Source of the DNA: an uncultured Chloroflexia bacterium | GTDB taxonomy: Bacteria; Chloroflexota; Limnocylindria; Limnocylindrales; CSP1-4 | Direction of reading: 5' to 3' | DNA length: 64,000 nt | Assembly (NCBI GenBank): GCA_963748625.1 | Contig: CAVVJT010000006.1 | Coordinates: forward strand, 44,603-108,602 | Shown: positions 35,112 through 47,593 of the stretch, in pieces | Numbering within the stretch: the first letter of the stretch is position 1 | Layout: each line of letters begins with the position of its first letter | Translations under genes and position numbers: made by a program | The notes under the pieces: model-generated | Database searches by the model: none | Told to the model about the DNA's origin: nothing | Seen by the model: the letters and a program-made list of their open reading frames with translations, nothing else

Positions 35112-35886
35112 GACCGACGCAGCCGACGCGACGAGCGAGGAGCCCGGCCGACGAGCGATCTCGCTCCGCCTCGCGCGGCTGCACCTGCGCATGGGGCTGC
35201 TCGCGCTGGCACGCGCGGAGCTCGAGGCGAACGCCGGGCGTGGATCGCTCGATGAGCTCGCGCTGTTGGACCTCGCCGAGGCGCGCTGGCGCACCGGCGA
35301 CCTCGCAGGCGCGGGCGAGGCGGCCAACGCGACCCTCGGCCGTGGCGCCGAGGATCCGCTGGCCTATGTGATCGCGGCCGAGGCCATCGCCGGGGTCGGG
35401 CGACCCGCCGAGGCGCGACGCCTGGCCGCCCGTGCGCTCGAAGGCGAGGGCCTGTCGCTCGATGAGGTCTTCGCCGGCATGCCGCGCAGCCTCATCTGGC
35501 CGGGCGACGCGCCGATCGATGACGACGCCCCGCCCCTGGCCGGGCACCGGACACGGGCGGTCGACGACGACCAGTCGCCCGCCTCGGCCGCCGCGGCGGA
35601 GGCCTTCGCCGGTGGGCGCGCCGCGCTCGCCGCGGGGAACGTCGCGCTCGCGTCCCTGCGCCTCGGCGTGGCCATCCGCCTGGAGCCCAAGTTCGCCCAG
35701 GGCGTGCTGACCGCGATCGGCGGACGGGCGTCGGAGCCGTACCTGGCGCTCGTCGCTGGCGATGCGCTGCGCCTGCTGGGCCGCGAGCATGAGGCCCTCG
35801 CGGCTTTCGACCGCGCCCGGGGCAAGGAGCCCACACCCGAACCGGTCGACGTCACGACGCTCTGGCCGGACGACGACGAGGTCTGA
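35071..35886 (+). CDS. TPR-like repeat protein (ORF-track boundaries; probably the 3' part of a gene starting at 34853)
   Basis: 271 aa. Helical repeats such as [72 protein letters not shown]. Confidence 0.6.
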   Translation: MADTEPRGRHRARPTDAADATSEEPGRRAISLRLARLHLRMGLLALARAELEANAGRGSLDELALLDLAEARWRTGDLAGAGEAANATLGRGAEDPLAYVIAAEAIAGVGRPAEARRLAARALEGEGLSLDEVFAGMPRSLIWPGDAPIDDDAPPLAGHRTRAVDDDQSPASAAAAEAFAGGRAALAAGNVALASLRLGVAIRLEPKFAQGVLTAIGGRASEPYLALVAGDALRLLGREHEALAAFDRARGKEPTPEPVDVTTLWPDDDEV

Positions 35887-36029
35887 CCGCGGCGGCGCCG
35901 GAGACGTCGGCAATGCGGCGCTCTCGCGTGCCAGCGGCGCGCCCGCGGTCGCGCTACCCTGTTCCTCCACCCGACCACCCCGCGATCCGGCGCGCCCGGC
36001 ATCGCCCCAGATCCGAGGCTCAAGCTCCC

Positions 36030-36497
36030 ATGGCGGAACTCCAGCGCACCCTCCTCCTCGTCAAGCCCGACGGCGTCCAGCGCCAGCTCGTGGGCCGGGT
36101 CATCACCCGGTTCGAGGAGCGAGGCCTCAAGATCGTCGGCCTCAAGCTGGTCCAGGTCGACCGCGCGCTGGCCGAGCAGCACTACGCCGTCCACAGCGAG
36201 AAGCCGTTCTTCCGGGGGCTCGTGGACTTCATCACCTCGGGTCCGCTCGTGGCCGCCGCCCTCGAGGGCCCGAACGCCATCGCCATCGTCCGGGCCATGA
36301 ACGGAGCAACGCGGCCGCACGAGGCCGCCCCGGGCTCGATCCGCGGCGACCTCGCCGTCGAGACCGCCCAGAACCTGGTCCATGCGTCGGACAGCCCCGA
36401 GAACGCCGCCGCGGAGCTCGCCCTGTGGTTCCGCCCCGAGGAGCTGATCAGCTACGAGCGGGAGATCGACCGCTGGGTGCTCGCCCCTGCGGAGTAG
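36030..36497 (+). CDS. ndk: Nucleoside diphosphate kinase
   Basis: From ORF 35913..36497; start at [26 protein letters not shown], active-site NLVHASDS. Confidence 0.95.
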   Translation: MAELQRTLLLVKPDGVQRQLVGRVITRFEERGLKIVGLKLVQVDRALAEQHYAVHSEKPFFRGLVDFITSGPLVAAALEGPNAIAIVRAMNGATRPHEAAPGSIRGDLAVETAQNLVHASDSPENAAAELALWFRPEELISYEREIDRWVLAPAE

Positions 36498-36506
36498 ACG
36501 CAGCGG

Positions 36507-38243
36507 TCAGTCGCTGCCCGGCCCGAGGATGATCGGCGCCGGCTCTGCGGCTGCGTCCGCGATGCCCAGCGCTCCCCAGCTCGCCAGGGCGCCGAGGATC
36601 GCCAGGGCGAGGACGGCCGCCGGACAACAGCTCCGTTCGGTTCCGCCGCAACGCGGCGGCGAGCCGCTGCCCGGCGAGCGCGGCCCGCTCTGCACCCGCG
36701 GCCGCCGTCGCAGTCACCGAAACGGTCGTGGTCGGTGCCGCTGCGGCCGCGACGCCCGCCACGCCCGCCACGCCCGGCCCGGCCGCGACTTGCTGCCCGG
36801 CTCCGGCGCCCCGCTCGGCGGAGCACCCCTGCGTGGCCTCCGCCCCGATCTCCGCAGCCCTCCAGCTCCACCGGCAGCGACTCGGCCTGACGCCGGCGGC
36901 GGCCCATCCGCTCCGGCGCGGTACGGTCCACCCGGCTGGTCACGCGGCCGGCGCCCACGGCGAGGAGGCGAAGGTAGGTCGGCAGGGTCAGGAACCCGGC
37001 CAGCAGCAGCAGGCCGCTCCACGGCTCTTCGGCGACCAGTGTCGCCAGCGAGCTCCGCGAGTCGAACGCCACCCAGCCGGGCAACCCGAACGTCGCGAGC
37101 GCCGTGATCGCCAGCGCGAGAGCCAGCAGGGGTGAGCGCCGCGCCCACCCGCGCAGGTCGGGGACGCTGCGGGTCTCGAACCGGTCCTCGGTCACGGCGG
37201 CCCACGCCGCGAGCGCGCTCTTGGACGCGGCCAGCACGATCACCCATGCCCGTCCGGGACCCCAGGCGGCGGGGTCCATCGCGGCGATCGCGAGCAGGAG
37301 CAGCCCGGAGTCGGCGACCACGAGGTAGCCGGTCACGCGTCGGATGTCGTCGTGGAGCCAGGCGGCCAGCGAGGCGCCCACAAGCGTCAGCACTGCCAGG
37401 ACCACCAGCACGGTCCGCTCGCCGGCGAGCGGCAGCGCGAGCGGCGCGATCAGCCGGTCGACGGCAGCGAAGGCGACCACGGTCAGCGGGACTGCGATCC
37501 AGGCGAGGAGGAGCGGGAGCGTCTCGGGCGGCACCAGGTCGGTGAGCCTCGAGACCCGTACGTGGAACGGCAGCATGCCCCAGCGGCCCGCGACCGCGAG
37601 GCCGACCGCCACGGTGAGCAGCCCCAGCGCCGGCCCGGCCACGGAGCCCGCGCTGCTCGGCGGCGACATCGGACCCGACGCCACTCGCGATCAGCGCCAG
37701 GCGCGCGGCGATCGGGACGACGGCGATCACGGCCAGCAGGACCGCGCCCGCGACCAGGGTCACCCGAAGCTCGCGTGCCGCGGCCGCAACCGCCGCCGGG
37801 CCCTCGACCGCCAGGATCACGATCAGGGCGGCGAGGCCGGTCGCCGCCGCGGCGCCCGCGCCCACGCCGAGGTCCGCCGACGCCATGGCCACCGTGCCAC
37901 CCGTGATGGCGGCGAGGGTTGCCGGGAGGAGGCCCCGGAGCCGCGCCAGGCCTCCCAGCAGCCATGCCATGAAGACGAGGACGAGGCTCTCGAGGCCCCA
38001 CAGGCCGACCACGAGCCGCAGGAAGTCCGTGGTGACCAGGTGCGCGTCGAACAGGCCGGTGATCGGCTGCCCGGTGTCGGTGAGGCGGGCCGGCCGCAGG
38101 ACGAACGCGTCGGCCGTGATGACCAGCAGCGCGAGCACCCCCGCTGCCACGCCCGCGCGCGCGGCGCGCCCGCCCCGGGGGAGTCCCCACATGGCGATGC
38201 TAGTCCCCAGGGCGCCGACGACGAGGAGCAGCAGGAGGCGCAT
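36507..38243 (-). CDS. Divergent NuoN/MnhD-type (proton-conducting antiporter-like) membrane protein; reading frame broken at least once (about 37640) and unresolved at the 3' end
   Basis: N-terminal part from ORF 36714..38243 (MRLLLLLVVGALGTSIAMWGL...). Central part from ORF 36452..37684 (GLLTVAVGLAVAGRWGMLPFHVRVSRL, DIRRVTGYLVVADSGLLLLAI, DLRGWARRSPLLALALAITALATFGLPGWVAFDSR) mirrors PF00361-type blocks with key residues replaced. The last TM (AAVLALAILGALASWGALGIA) is in ORF 36507..36695. Confidence 0.45.
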
Positions 38244-38246
38244 CGA

Positions 38247-38972
38247 TCAGGAGTCCGCGAGCCGGTGCGCGTCGTCCGCTGCCCGGTGGCGGATTGCCGC
38301 GTCCGGCCGGAGCGCGTCGCGGATCACGAGGTCACCACCCCGACGGATCGAAGCGGCGATCACCGCGGCCACGCCCGCGCCGGCGAAGGCCGCGATCAGC
38401 GCCCCGCCGAGCTCCGTCACGCTATCGAGGCGAACCTCCAGCGCGTTGGCCACGAGGCCGGCCGCCGAGAGCAGCAGCAGCAGCCCGACGCCGAGGCGGA
38501 GCGTGTCCCGGGCCAGCACGACCTGGGGCACGGCGAGCGCCGTCAGGGCCAGGGCTGCGCCGAGCGCCGCCTGGGGGACGATGGAGCCTGCAAGCAGCGC
38601 CTGGGCCAGGCCGCCGCTCCCCGGTCCCTCCGGGGTGCCGCCGTCCAACGCCGCTCCCAAGGTGCCGACCGCCAGCCACCCGGCCGCGAATGCGGCCGTC
38701 GCGATCGCCGCGGACCCGACCCAGCCGGTGGTCGCTGCCGGCATGGCGGCGGGCGCCCCGCGCAGCGAGATCCAGACGAGGTAGATGCCCAGCGTTGTCC
38801 CGGCCAGCCGTGCGCCCAGGCCCAACGGGCCGGGAAGCGGGTCGGCGATGTACGCAGCGCCCACCGCCGCGAGCAGCAGCCCGAGGACCGCCAGGCGCGG
38901 CGTGGCCGCCGCCACGGCCGCGACCGCACCGGCCACGACGAGGACCGCAAGAGTGACGAGGACGGGTGTCAC
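38247..38972 (-). CDS. Hypothetical polytopic membrane protein (Ala/Gly/Leu-rich)
   Basis: 241 aa with about 7 hydrophobic segments. Its stop lies 3 nt before the ATG of the NuoN-like gene. Confidence 0.6.
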   Translation of the reverse strand: MTPVLVTLAVLVVAGAVAAVAAATPRLAVLGLLLAAVGAAYIADPLPGPLGLGARLAGTTLGIYLVWISLRGAPAAMPAATTGWVGSAAIATAAFAAGWLAVGTLGAALDGGTPEGPGSGGLAQALLAGSIVPQAALGAALALTALAVPQVVLARDTLRLGVGLLLLLSAAGLVANALEVRLDSVTELGGALIAAFAGAGVAAVIAASIRRGGDLVIRDALRPDAAIRHRAADDAHRLADS

Positions 38973-38990
38973 GGCTCGGCCGGCCGCCCG

Positions 38991-39584
38991 TCAGGGCGCC
39001 GCTGGGACGTCGGGGTAGGTGGGCGTCTGGAGGATCTGGAAGGTGTTGATCGGCCAGTAGCGCAGGAATGCCCGGCCGACCACGTCGGAGACGCCGATGG
39101 GGCCGAAGAGGCGCGAGTCCGCGGACTTCTGGCGATGATCGCCCATCACGAACAGCTGGCCCTCGGGGACGACCCAGCTGGTCTGGTCCGGGGACACCTC
39201 CGTGGGCTCGTTGACACCCGCGTCGTTGGCGTAGGTGTACGGCTCGTCGAGGGCGACGCCGTTGATGTAGACGAGGCCGTCGTCCCTGACCTCTACGGTG
39301 TCGCCCGGCTCGCCGATGACCCGCTTGATGAACGGCGTGGGGTCGCTGGTCCAGGTCTCGGGCGGGTTGAACACGACGATGTCACCGCGGTTGTAGGCGT
39401 CCCAGCGCGGGGTGAGCTTGTCGACCAGCACGTACTGCCCCGGTTCCAGGGTCCGCTCCATCGAGTTCTGCTGCACCTGGTAGGGCTGCGCGATGAATGT
39501 CTGGATGACGAAGAAGATGACGAGGGTGAGGACCAGGGTCTCGACGACCTCGAACAGACACCCCAGGCTGGATCGACGGTTCAC
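38991..39584 (-). CDS. lepB: Signal peptidase I
   Basis: From ORF 38991..39782; in-frame GTG (VNRRSSLG) chosen as start. TM VETLVLTLVIFFVI, catalytic Ser box QQNSMERTL, Lys box FIKRVIGEPGD, GDHRQKSADSR. Confidence 0.85.
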   Translation of the reverse strand: MNRRSSLGCLFEVVETLVLTLVIFFVIQTFIAQPYQVQQNSMERTLEPGQYVLVDKLTPRWDAYNRGDIVVFNPPETWTSDPTPFIKRVIGEPGDTVEVRDDGLVYINGVALDEPYTYANDAGVNEPTEVSPDQTSWVVPEGQLFVMGDHRQKSADSRLFGPIGVSDVVGRAFLRYWPINTFQILQTPTYPDVPAAP

Positions 39585-39942
39585 GAGCGGGGAGTATAGG
39601 GGTCGGGGGCTCTGCGCCCGGGGATCGCGTGCGGGGGACTGGGTCTGCGGCCGTCGGCGGGTAGGGCCGTCTGGCCCGGGAGGACCGGTCCGGGAGTCGA
39701 ATGCATAGGCTCCATGGGTCTCTGCATCCCATCCACCAGGGCCCGGAAGTCGTTTGACCCGTGCGAACGCGCACGCATACACTCTGCCGGCCGACGCGGC
39801 GGTTCCCCTGCGTTCCGAACCCCCGTTGGCGACGTGCCCACGTCAGGCGCGGGTGCCCGCGCTCCCGCCCGGCGTTCGCTCGACGAGACAACGACGGATC
39901 ACCGGTGTTCCGAACCCTGGGTAGGAGGCTCTGCAGACGCTG

Positions 39943-42174
<2,232 letters not shown>

Positions 42175-42307
42175 GCCGCGCCACCTGACGGGCTATGCCG
42201 TTGTTGCCGCCTGCGGGCGCTCGCTCACGCACGGCGGGGTGCGCTCGCTGCGCGTCCTCGGCGGCGCCCAGGCCTGGCCGCGTCATCCGGCGCGGCCAGG
42301 AGATGTG

Positions 42308-43133
42308 ATGGAGCAGATCCTCCAGGCGCTGGTCATGGGGATCGCCCAGGGGCTCACCGAGTTCCTGCCGATCTCCTCGTCCGGCCACGCCATCCTGCTC
42401 CCGTACCTGCTGGGCTGGGACGACGCATTCATCGAGTCGCTGGCGTTCTCCGTCGTGCTCCACGCCGGCACGCTGGCTGCGCTGCTCGTCTACTTCCGCG
42501 AGGACTGGGCGAGGCTCGTGCCCGCCTTCTTCGCGGGGTTGCGGGACCGCTCGTTCCGGGACGACCGGGACCGTCGGCTCTCGTGGCTGCTGTTCCTGTC
42601 GACTGTCCCGGCAGCGGCCATCGCCTTCCTGCTCAACGACCTCGCCGAGGGGTCGTTCCGCCAGGCCGGCCTCGTGGCGGTGACGCTCGTGATCGGGGCC
42701 GGGATCATGTGGACGGCCGACCGTTGGGGTCCGCGCACGCACACCATCGACCGACTCACGTCACGCGGGGCGCTGGGCATCGGGCTCGCCCAGGCGCATC
42801 GCCCTGGTCCCGGGCATCAGCCGGTCCGGCATCTCCATGTCAGCGGGGCTCTTCGCCGGCCTCGATCGGGCCGACGCCGCCCGCTACAGCTTCCTGATGG
42901 CGACGCCGATCACGGCGATGGCCGTCGCCTGGGAGACCCTCAAGATCCTGCGCGGCGAGGTCGGCGGCGCCGAGCCGATCACCCTGGTCGTGGGTGTCTT
43001 CGCGTCCTTCGGGGCGGGAATCCTCGCGATCTCCGTGCTGCTGCGCTACCTGCGCACGAACTCGTTCACCATCTTCGTCGTCTACCGCCTGGTGCTGGCC
43101 GCCATCGTCGTGGTGGCCTTCCTGGCCCGGTAG
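42308..43133 (+). CDS. uppP: Undecaprenyl-diphosphate phosphatase, interrupted by an apparent single-base insertion at about 42797
   Basis: The N-terminal half is in ORF 42239..43672 (MEQILQALVMGIAQGLTEFLPISSSGHAILL). The C-terminal half is in ORF 42837..43133. The conserved IALVPGISRSGISMSAGLFAGLDRADAARYSFLMATP reads through only after skipping one C following GCG at 42794-42796. Confidence 0.8.
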
Positions 43134-43151
43134 CGTCCCGGAGGCATCCTC

Positions 43152-43625
43152 GTGGAGGTCATGAAGCAGCTTCGCCAGCGGGCGATCCGCGACCTGGTGG
43201 AGCAACGGCCGATCCGGACCCAGCAGGAGCTGGCCGCCGCGCTGCGGGAGCGTGGCTTCCGTACGACCCAGGCCACGATCTCGCGGGACGTCGCGGAGCT
43301 GGGTCTCGTGAAGTCCAGCCGCAACGGGACCCAGGCCTACGCGCTCCCGCCGCGACTCCGCGAGGCGGACGCAAGCGGCGAGGAGCGCATCCGCCGCCTG
43401 CTGCGCGAGATGCCCGTCGACATCCGCGAGGCGGGCACGATGCTGGTGCTGCGCACGCTGCCCGGATCCGCGCACCCCCTCGCCGCGGCGATGGACCGTG
43501 CACGCTGGCCCGAGGTCGCTGGTTCCATCGCCGGCGACGACACGGTGTTCGTGGCCTTCTCGGACCGTGGTTCGATGGGGCGCGTCCGGCGGCGCCTGGA
43601 GCAGCTGGCCGAGATCCCGGAGTAG
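43152..43625 (+). CDS. argR: Arginine repressor
   Basis: 157 aa. Winged-helix QQELAAALRERGFRTTQATISRDVAELGLVK. C-terminal oligomerisation/Arg-binding GSIAGDDTVFV. GGAGG lies 7 nt before the GTG. Confidence 0.9.
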   Translation: MEVMKQLRQRAIRDLVEQRPIRTQQELAAALRERGFRTTQATISRDVAELGLVKSSRNGTQAYALPPRLREADASGEERIRRLLREMPVDIREAGTMLVLRTLPGSAHPLAAAMDRARWPEVAGSIAGDDTVFVAFSDRGSMGRVRRRLEQLAEIPE

Positions 43626-44103
43626 AGGATCGCGCCGCGTCGGAGAGCTGGGGTCTGGAGATGCCTGATTGACCGACGGTGCCTCGAGGTGCGCCGCTCC
43701 TCCGGTTCTGAGCCCGCGACGTGCATGCGGCGCAACGTTCCCCGGCCGTCGTGCTGTCAGCCTGCGTCGCCAGCAAGGTCGCTGCGTCCGTGAGCAACGA
43801 GTTCCTCCCGATCGTGCTCTCGGCCTGCATGCCGCACACGCCGGCGGCACGAGGACCAAGGATCCTTGCGTGGCATGCAAGCACCTGCGCGCCCGGCGGA
43901 CGCGGAGTTGGCCGCCGGGATGGCCGCGCTACGTCAACTGCTGCACCCGCCCCGCTTTGACGATCCGGGCCTTCGCCGATACCATTCGGCCCGATCCGTG
44001 ACCCTCGGCGGCGCATGAACGGCGCCCCGGGGTCCTTTTGTTCAAACCGACCCAGCGGCGGCACCAGCAGGTGCCGGTTCCGCGCCTCGGGGGTCTCGCC
44101 CGC

Positions 44104-44568
44104 GTGAACACCAAGACCACGTACATCAGCAGGGATGGCCTGGACAAGCTGCGCGCCGAGCTCGCGGAGATGACGAACGTCCGGCGGCCCGAGATTGCCC
44201 AGCGGATCCACGACGCCAAGGAGCACGGCGACCTGTCCGAGAACGCCGAGTACGAGGACGCCAAGAACGAGCAGGCCTTCGTCGAGGGACGCATCCAGAC
44301 CCTCGAGACGATGATCAAGAACGCCAGCCTGATCGACGAGCACACCTCGACCGACCACGTCCAGATCGGCTCGACCGTCAAGGTCAAGGGTGACGACGGC
44401 ACCGAGACGTTCTCGATCGTCGGTTCCGCGGAGGCCAAGCCGGCCGATGGCCGGATCTCCAACGAATCACCCGTGGGCCGCGCCCTGCTCGGCCGCAGGA
44501 AGGGCGACAAGGTCGTCGTCAAGGTCCCCGCCGGCGACTTCGCCTACACGATCCTCGAGATCAAATAG
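44104..44568 (+). CDS. greA: Transcription elongation factor GreA
   Basis: From ORF 44038..44568; GTG start. AKEHGDLSENAEYEDAKNEQAFVEGRI, ISNESPVGRALLGRRKGD. Confidence 0.9.
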   Translation: MNTKTTYISRDGLDKLRAELAEMTNVRRPEIAQRIHDAKEHGDLSENAEYEDAKNEQAFVEGRIQTLETMIKNASLIDEHTSTDHVQIGSTVKVKGDDGTETFSIVGSAEAKPADGRISNESPVGRALLGRRKGDKVVVKVPAGDFAYTILEIK

Positions 44569-44630
44569 CGGAGGGGGCAACGCCGCCATCGGGCGGCAGG
44601 GGCGACAGCCCGGAGAGGGAGGCACCTGAC

Positions 44631-46241
44631 GTGGATTGGGCGGACGAGCTGGCAGCTAGCGTCGAGGGCCCGCAGGTCGTCAACGACTCCAAGACCCCGT
44701 CTGGCACCGTCCACGTCGGCAGCCTCCGCGGACCCGTCATCCTCGACGTGATCACGCGCGCCCTACGGGCCAGGGGTCTCGAGACCACGCTCCTCTACGG
44801 CGTGGACGACATGGACTCGATGGACGCGCAGGCGCTGCTCACGCCCGATGCCGTGGACCGCTACATGGGCGCGCCGCTGGCCCACATCCCGGATCAGGCC
44901 GGCGACTGTCACGCCTCGTATGCCCGCCACCACGCCCAGACGTTCATCGACGTCTTCGCCGGTCTCGGCATCCACCCGGACCGCTACTACTGGATGAGCG
45001 ACATCTACCCCACCGGGCAGATGGACCCGTTCATCCGGACCGCCCTCGACCGCGCGGCCGTGGTGCGCGACATCTACCGTCGCGTGGCCAACGTCCAACA
45101 TCCGGAGCACTGGCTCCCCCTCGGCGTGGTCTGCCCCGACTGCGGCAAGGTCGGCACGACGATCGCGTCCGACTGGGACGGCGAGACGGTGTCGGTCGCC
45201 TGTCGGCCGGACCTCGTGACCTGGGCCGCGGGCTGCGGCTGGACCGGCCGCATCGCGCCGTTCGGGGGGACCGCGAAGCTGCCCTGGAACCTCGAGTGGG
45301 CGGCCCAGTGGAGCCTGTTCGGCGTCACGATCGAGCCCAACGGCAAGGACCTCGCGACGGCCGGCGGGTCACGTGACCGGTCCGACGCCGTCGCCCGCGA
45401 GGTGTTCGATCGCCAGCCCCCGCTCAACTTCCCGTACGAGTTCCTCAACCTCGGCGGGCGGAAGATGTCCACCTCGAAGGGCGTGGGTGCCGCCGCGCAC
45501 ACGATCGGCCAGGTCATCCCGCCCGAACAGCTGCGCTTCCTGTTCGTCCGCAATCGCCCCGAGTCGGCCATCGAGTTCGACCCGCAGGGCACGGACGCCA
45601 TCCCGCGCCTGTTCGACGAGTTCGACCGGCTCGCCGCCGCCACCGCCGGCCGCGAGGTGAAGGGCGAGCTCCCGTCGGGCCACGAGTCCATCTTCCGCTA
45701 CTCGCTCCTCGATCCGGCCGCGGACCTCGCCCGTGCCGCGGACGCCTTCCGGCCGGCCTTCGCTCACCTGGCGCTCCTGGTCCAGGTCCCGGGCGTGGAT
45801 GTCCACGCTCGCGTGGTCGCCGAGAAGGGATCCGCGCTGACGGAGGCCGAGGCGGCCGATCTCGAGGAGCGCCTGGCCGCCGTCAGCCGCTGGCTCGAGG
45901 CCTACGCACCGGACCGCGCCCGGATCGAGATCCGGCGCGACGCCCTGCCGCCCGAGGCCGGGCAACTGCGACCCGAGCAGCACGAGTTCCTCCATGAGCT
46001 CGCCCTCACCGTCCACCGTGACGCCCCGGCCTCCGGCGAGCAGTGGCAGACCGCGATCTTCGCCGTGGCCGCCGAGAACGGGCTCGACGCGAAGGCCGCC
46101 TTCAACGCGCTCTACCTGGCGTTTCTCGGCCGTTCCAACGGCCCCCGGGCGGGCTGGCTGCTGGCGAGCCTTGAGCGCGACTTCGTGATCGGCCGGCTGA
46201 CCGAGGCCGGCGCCGCAGCCACCGGGGAGGCGACCGCATGA
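44631..46241 (+). CDS. lysK: Lysyl-tRNA synthetase, class I
   Basis: 536 aa. Class I signatures PSGTVHVGSLRG (HIGH-like) and KMSTSKG (KMSKS). Zinc-knuckle-like CPDCGK. GAGGGAGG SD before the GTG. Confidence 0.9.
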   Translation: MDWADELAASVEGPQVVNDSKTPSGTVHVGSLRGPVILDVITRALRARGLETTLLYGVDDMDSMDAQALLTPDAVDRYMGAPLAHIPDQAGDCHASYARHHAQTFIDVFAGLGIHPDRYYWMSDIYPTGQMDPFIRTALDRAAVVRDIYRRVANVQHPEHWLPLGVVCPDCGKVGTTIASDWDGETVSVACRPDLVTWAAGCGWTGRIAPFGGTAKLPWNLEWAAQWSLFGVTIEPNGKDLATAGGSRDRSDAVAREVFDRQPPLNFPYEFLNLGGRKMSTSKGVGAAAHTIGQVIPPEQLRFLFVRNRPESAIEFDPQGTDAIPRLFDEFDRLAAATAGREVKGELPSGHESIFRYSLLDPAADLARAADAFRPAFAHLALLVQVPGVDVHARVVAEKGSALTEAEAADLEERLAAVSRWLEAYAPDRARIEIRRDALPPEAGQLRPEQHEFLHELALTVHRDAPASGEQWQTAIFAVAAENGLDAKAAFNALYLAFLGRSNGPRAGWLLASLERDFVIGRLTEAGAAATGEATA

Positions 46242-47563
46242 GTGTCGGCGTGCAGCGGCTCCGCGAGGAGCCGGACCGGATCCGCCAGGGCGCCATCGAC
46301 AAGCGCGAGGATCCGGCGCTGGTGGACCAGGCCATCGAGGTCGACGCGCGCCGACGCCGGCTCCAGTCCGAGTCGGACGGCCGCAAGGCGGAGCGCAATG
46401 CGGTCTCCAAGCAGATCGGCGAGGCCATTCGCGGCGGCGCGCGCCCGGATGGACCTGAGGTGGCCCAGCTGCGTGCCGCCTCGACGGCGGCCGGCGTCCG
46501 GATCGACGAGATCGACGCCGAGCTGTCCGCGGCCGAGGCCGAGCTCGAGGAGCTGCTCCTGCGCATCCCCAACCCCGCGGACCCCGAGGTCCCGGTGGGC
46601 GGCGAGGATGCCAACGTCACGGTCCGGACATGGGGCGAGAACGGCAGCCGCGAAGTGTCGGCCGCGGATGGCACCACCTGGGAGCGCAGGCCCCATTGGG
46701 AGATCGGCGAGGCCCTCGACATCATCGACAACCCGCGCGGCGCGAAGATCGCCGGCTCCGGGTTCCCCGTCTACAAGGGCGCGGGCTCGCGGCTCCAGCG
46801 CAGCCTCATCTCCTGGTTTCTCGACGTCCACACCGCCGAGCACGGCTTCACCGAGGTCTGGCCGCCGGCGGTCGTGAACGCTGCGTCCGCGCGTGGCACC
46901 GGGCAGATCCCGGACAAGGAAGACCAGATGTATGTCGCCACGCGTGACGATCTGTACCTGGTCCCCACCGCCGAGGTCCCGGTCACCAACCTCCACCGCG
47001 ACGAGATCCTCGAGGCCGCCCAGCTGCCCATCCGGTACGCGGCCTACTCGCCGTGCTTCCGGCGCGAGGCGGGCGCCGCCGGCAAGGACACGCGCGGCAT
47101 CCTCCGCGTCCACCAGTTCGACAAGGTGGAGATGGTCCTGTTCGAGAAGCCGGAGGACAGCCCCGAGGCGCTGGAGTGGATGACCTCCCGTGCCGAGGTG
47201 CTGCTGCAGCGCCTCGGCCTGCCGTACCGGGTGCTCCTCATGAGCACCGGCGAGATGGGCTTCGTCCAGCGCAAGAAGTACGACCTCGAGGTCTGGGCAC
47301 CGGGTGTGGAGCGCTGGCTGGAGGTCAGCTCCTGCTCCAACTTCGGCGACTACCAGGCGCGCCGGATGGCGATCCGCTATCGCCCGGCTCCGGGCGCCAG
47401 GCCGGAGCTCGTCCACACGCTCAACGGTTCCGGGCTCGCGCTGCCGCGCATCGTGGCCGCGATTCTCGAGGCCTACCAGGAAGCGGACGGGTCGGTGGTG
47501 GTGCCCGAGGTGCTGCGCCCCTATGTCGGCGCCGATAGGATTGGCGGACCGGTGACAGCCTGA
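46238..47563 (+). CDS. serS: Seryl-tRNA synthetase
   Basis: 441 aa. Coiled-coil N-arm; class II motifs FRREAGAAGKDTRGILRVHQF and LNGSGLALPR. ATGA overlap with the lysK stop. Confidence 0.95.
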   Translation: MSVGVQRLREEPDRIRQGAIDKREDPALVDQAIEVDARRRRLQSESDGRKAERNAVSKQIGEAIRGGARPDGPEVAQLRAASTAAGVRIDEIDAELSAAEAELEELLLRIPNPADPEVPVGGEDANVTVRTWGENGSREVSAADGTTWERRPHWEIGEALDIIDNPRGAKIAGSGFPVYKGAGSRLQRSLISWFLDVHTAEHGFTEVWPPAVVNAASARGTGQIPDKEDQMYVATRDDLYLVPTAEVPVTNLHRDEILEAAQLPIRYAAYSPCFRREAGAAGKDTRGILRVHQFDKVEMVLFEKPEDSPEALEWMTSRAEVLLQRLGLPYRVLLMSTGEMGFVQRKKYDLEVWAPGVERWLEVSSCSNFGDYQARRMAIRYRPAPGARPELVHTLNGSGLALPRIVAAILEAYQEADGSVVVPEVLRPYVGADRIGGPVTA

Positions 47564-47593
47564 GGGGGCTCCGCGGCCGGCGCCCGCCACCAG

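Noticed and set aside
42239-43672. 477-aa ORF as an extended UppP fusion
   Set aside because: After about residue 185 the translation becomes Arg/Pro/Gly junk and runs out of frame through argR. The genuine UppP C-terminus is in ORF 42837..43133.
43626-44103. Possible tmRNA, RNase P RNA, SRP RNA or tRNA in the argR-greA spacer
   Set aside because: No tRNA-like acceptor/T-arm (GGTTCGAnTCC...CCA), no tag-peptide ORF, and none of the conserved RNase P P4 motifs could be found by eye. It is kept only as an unexplained spacer.
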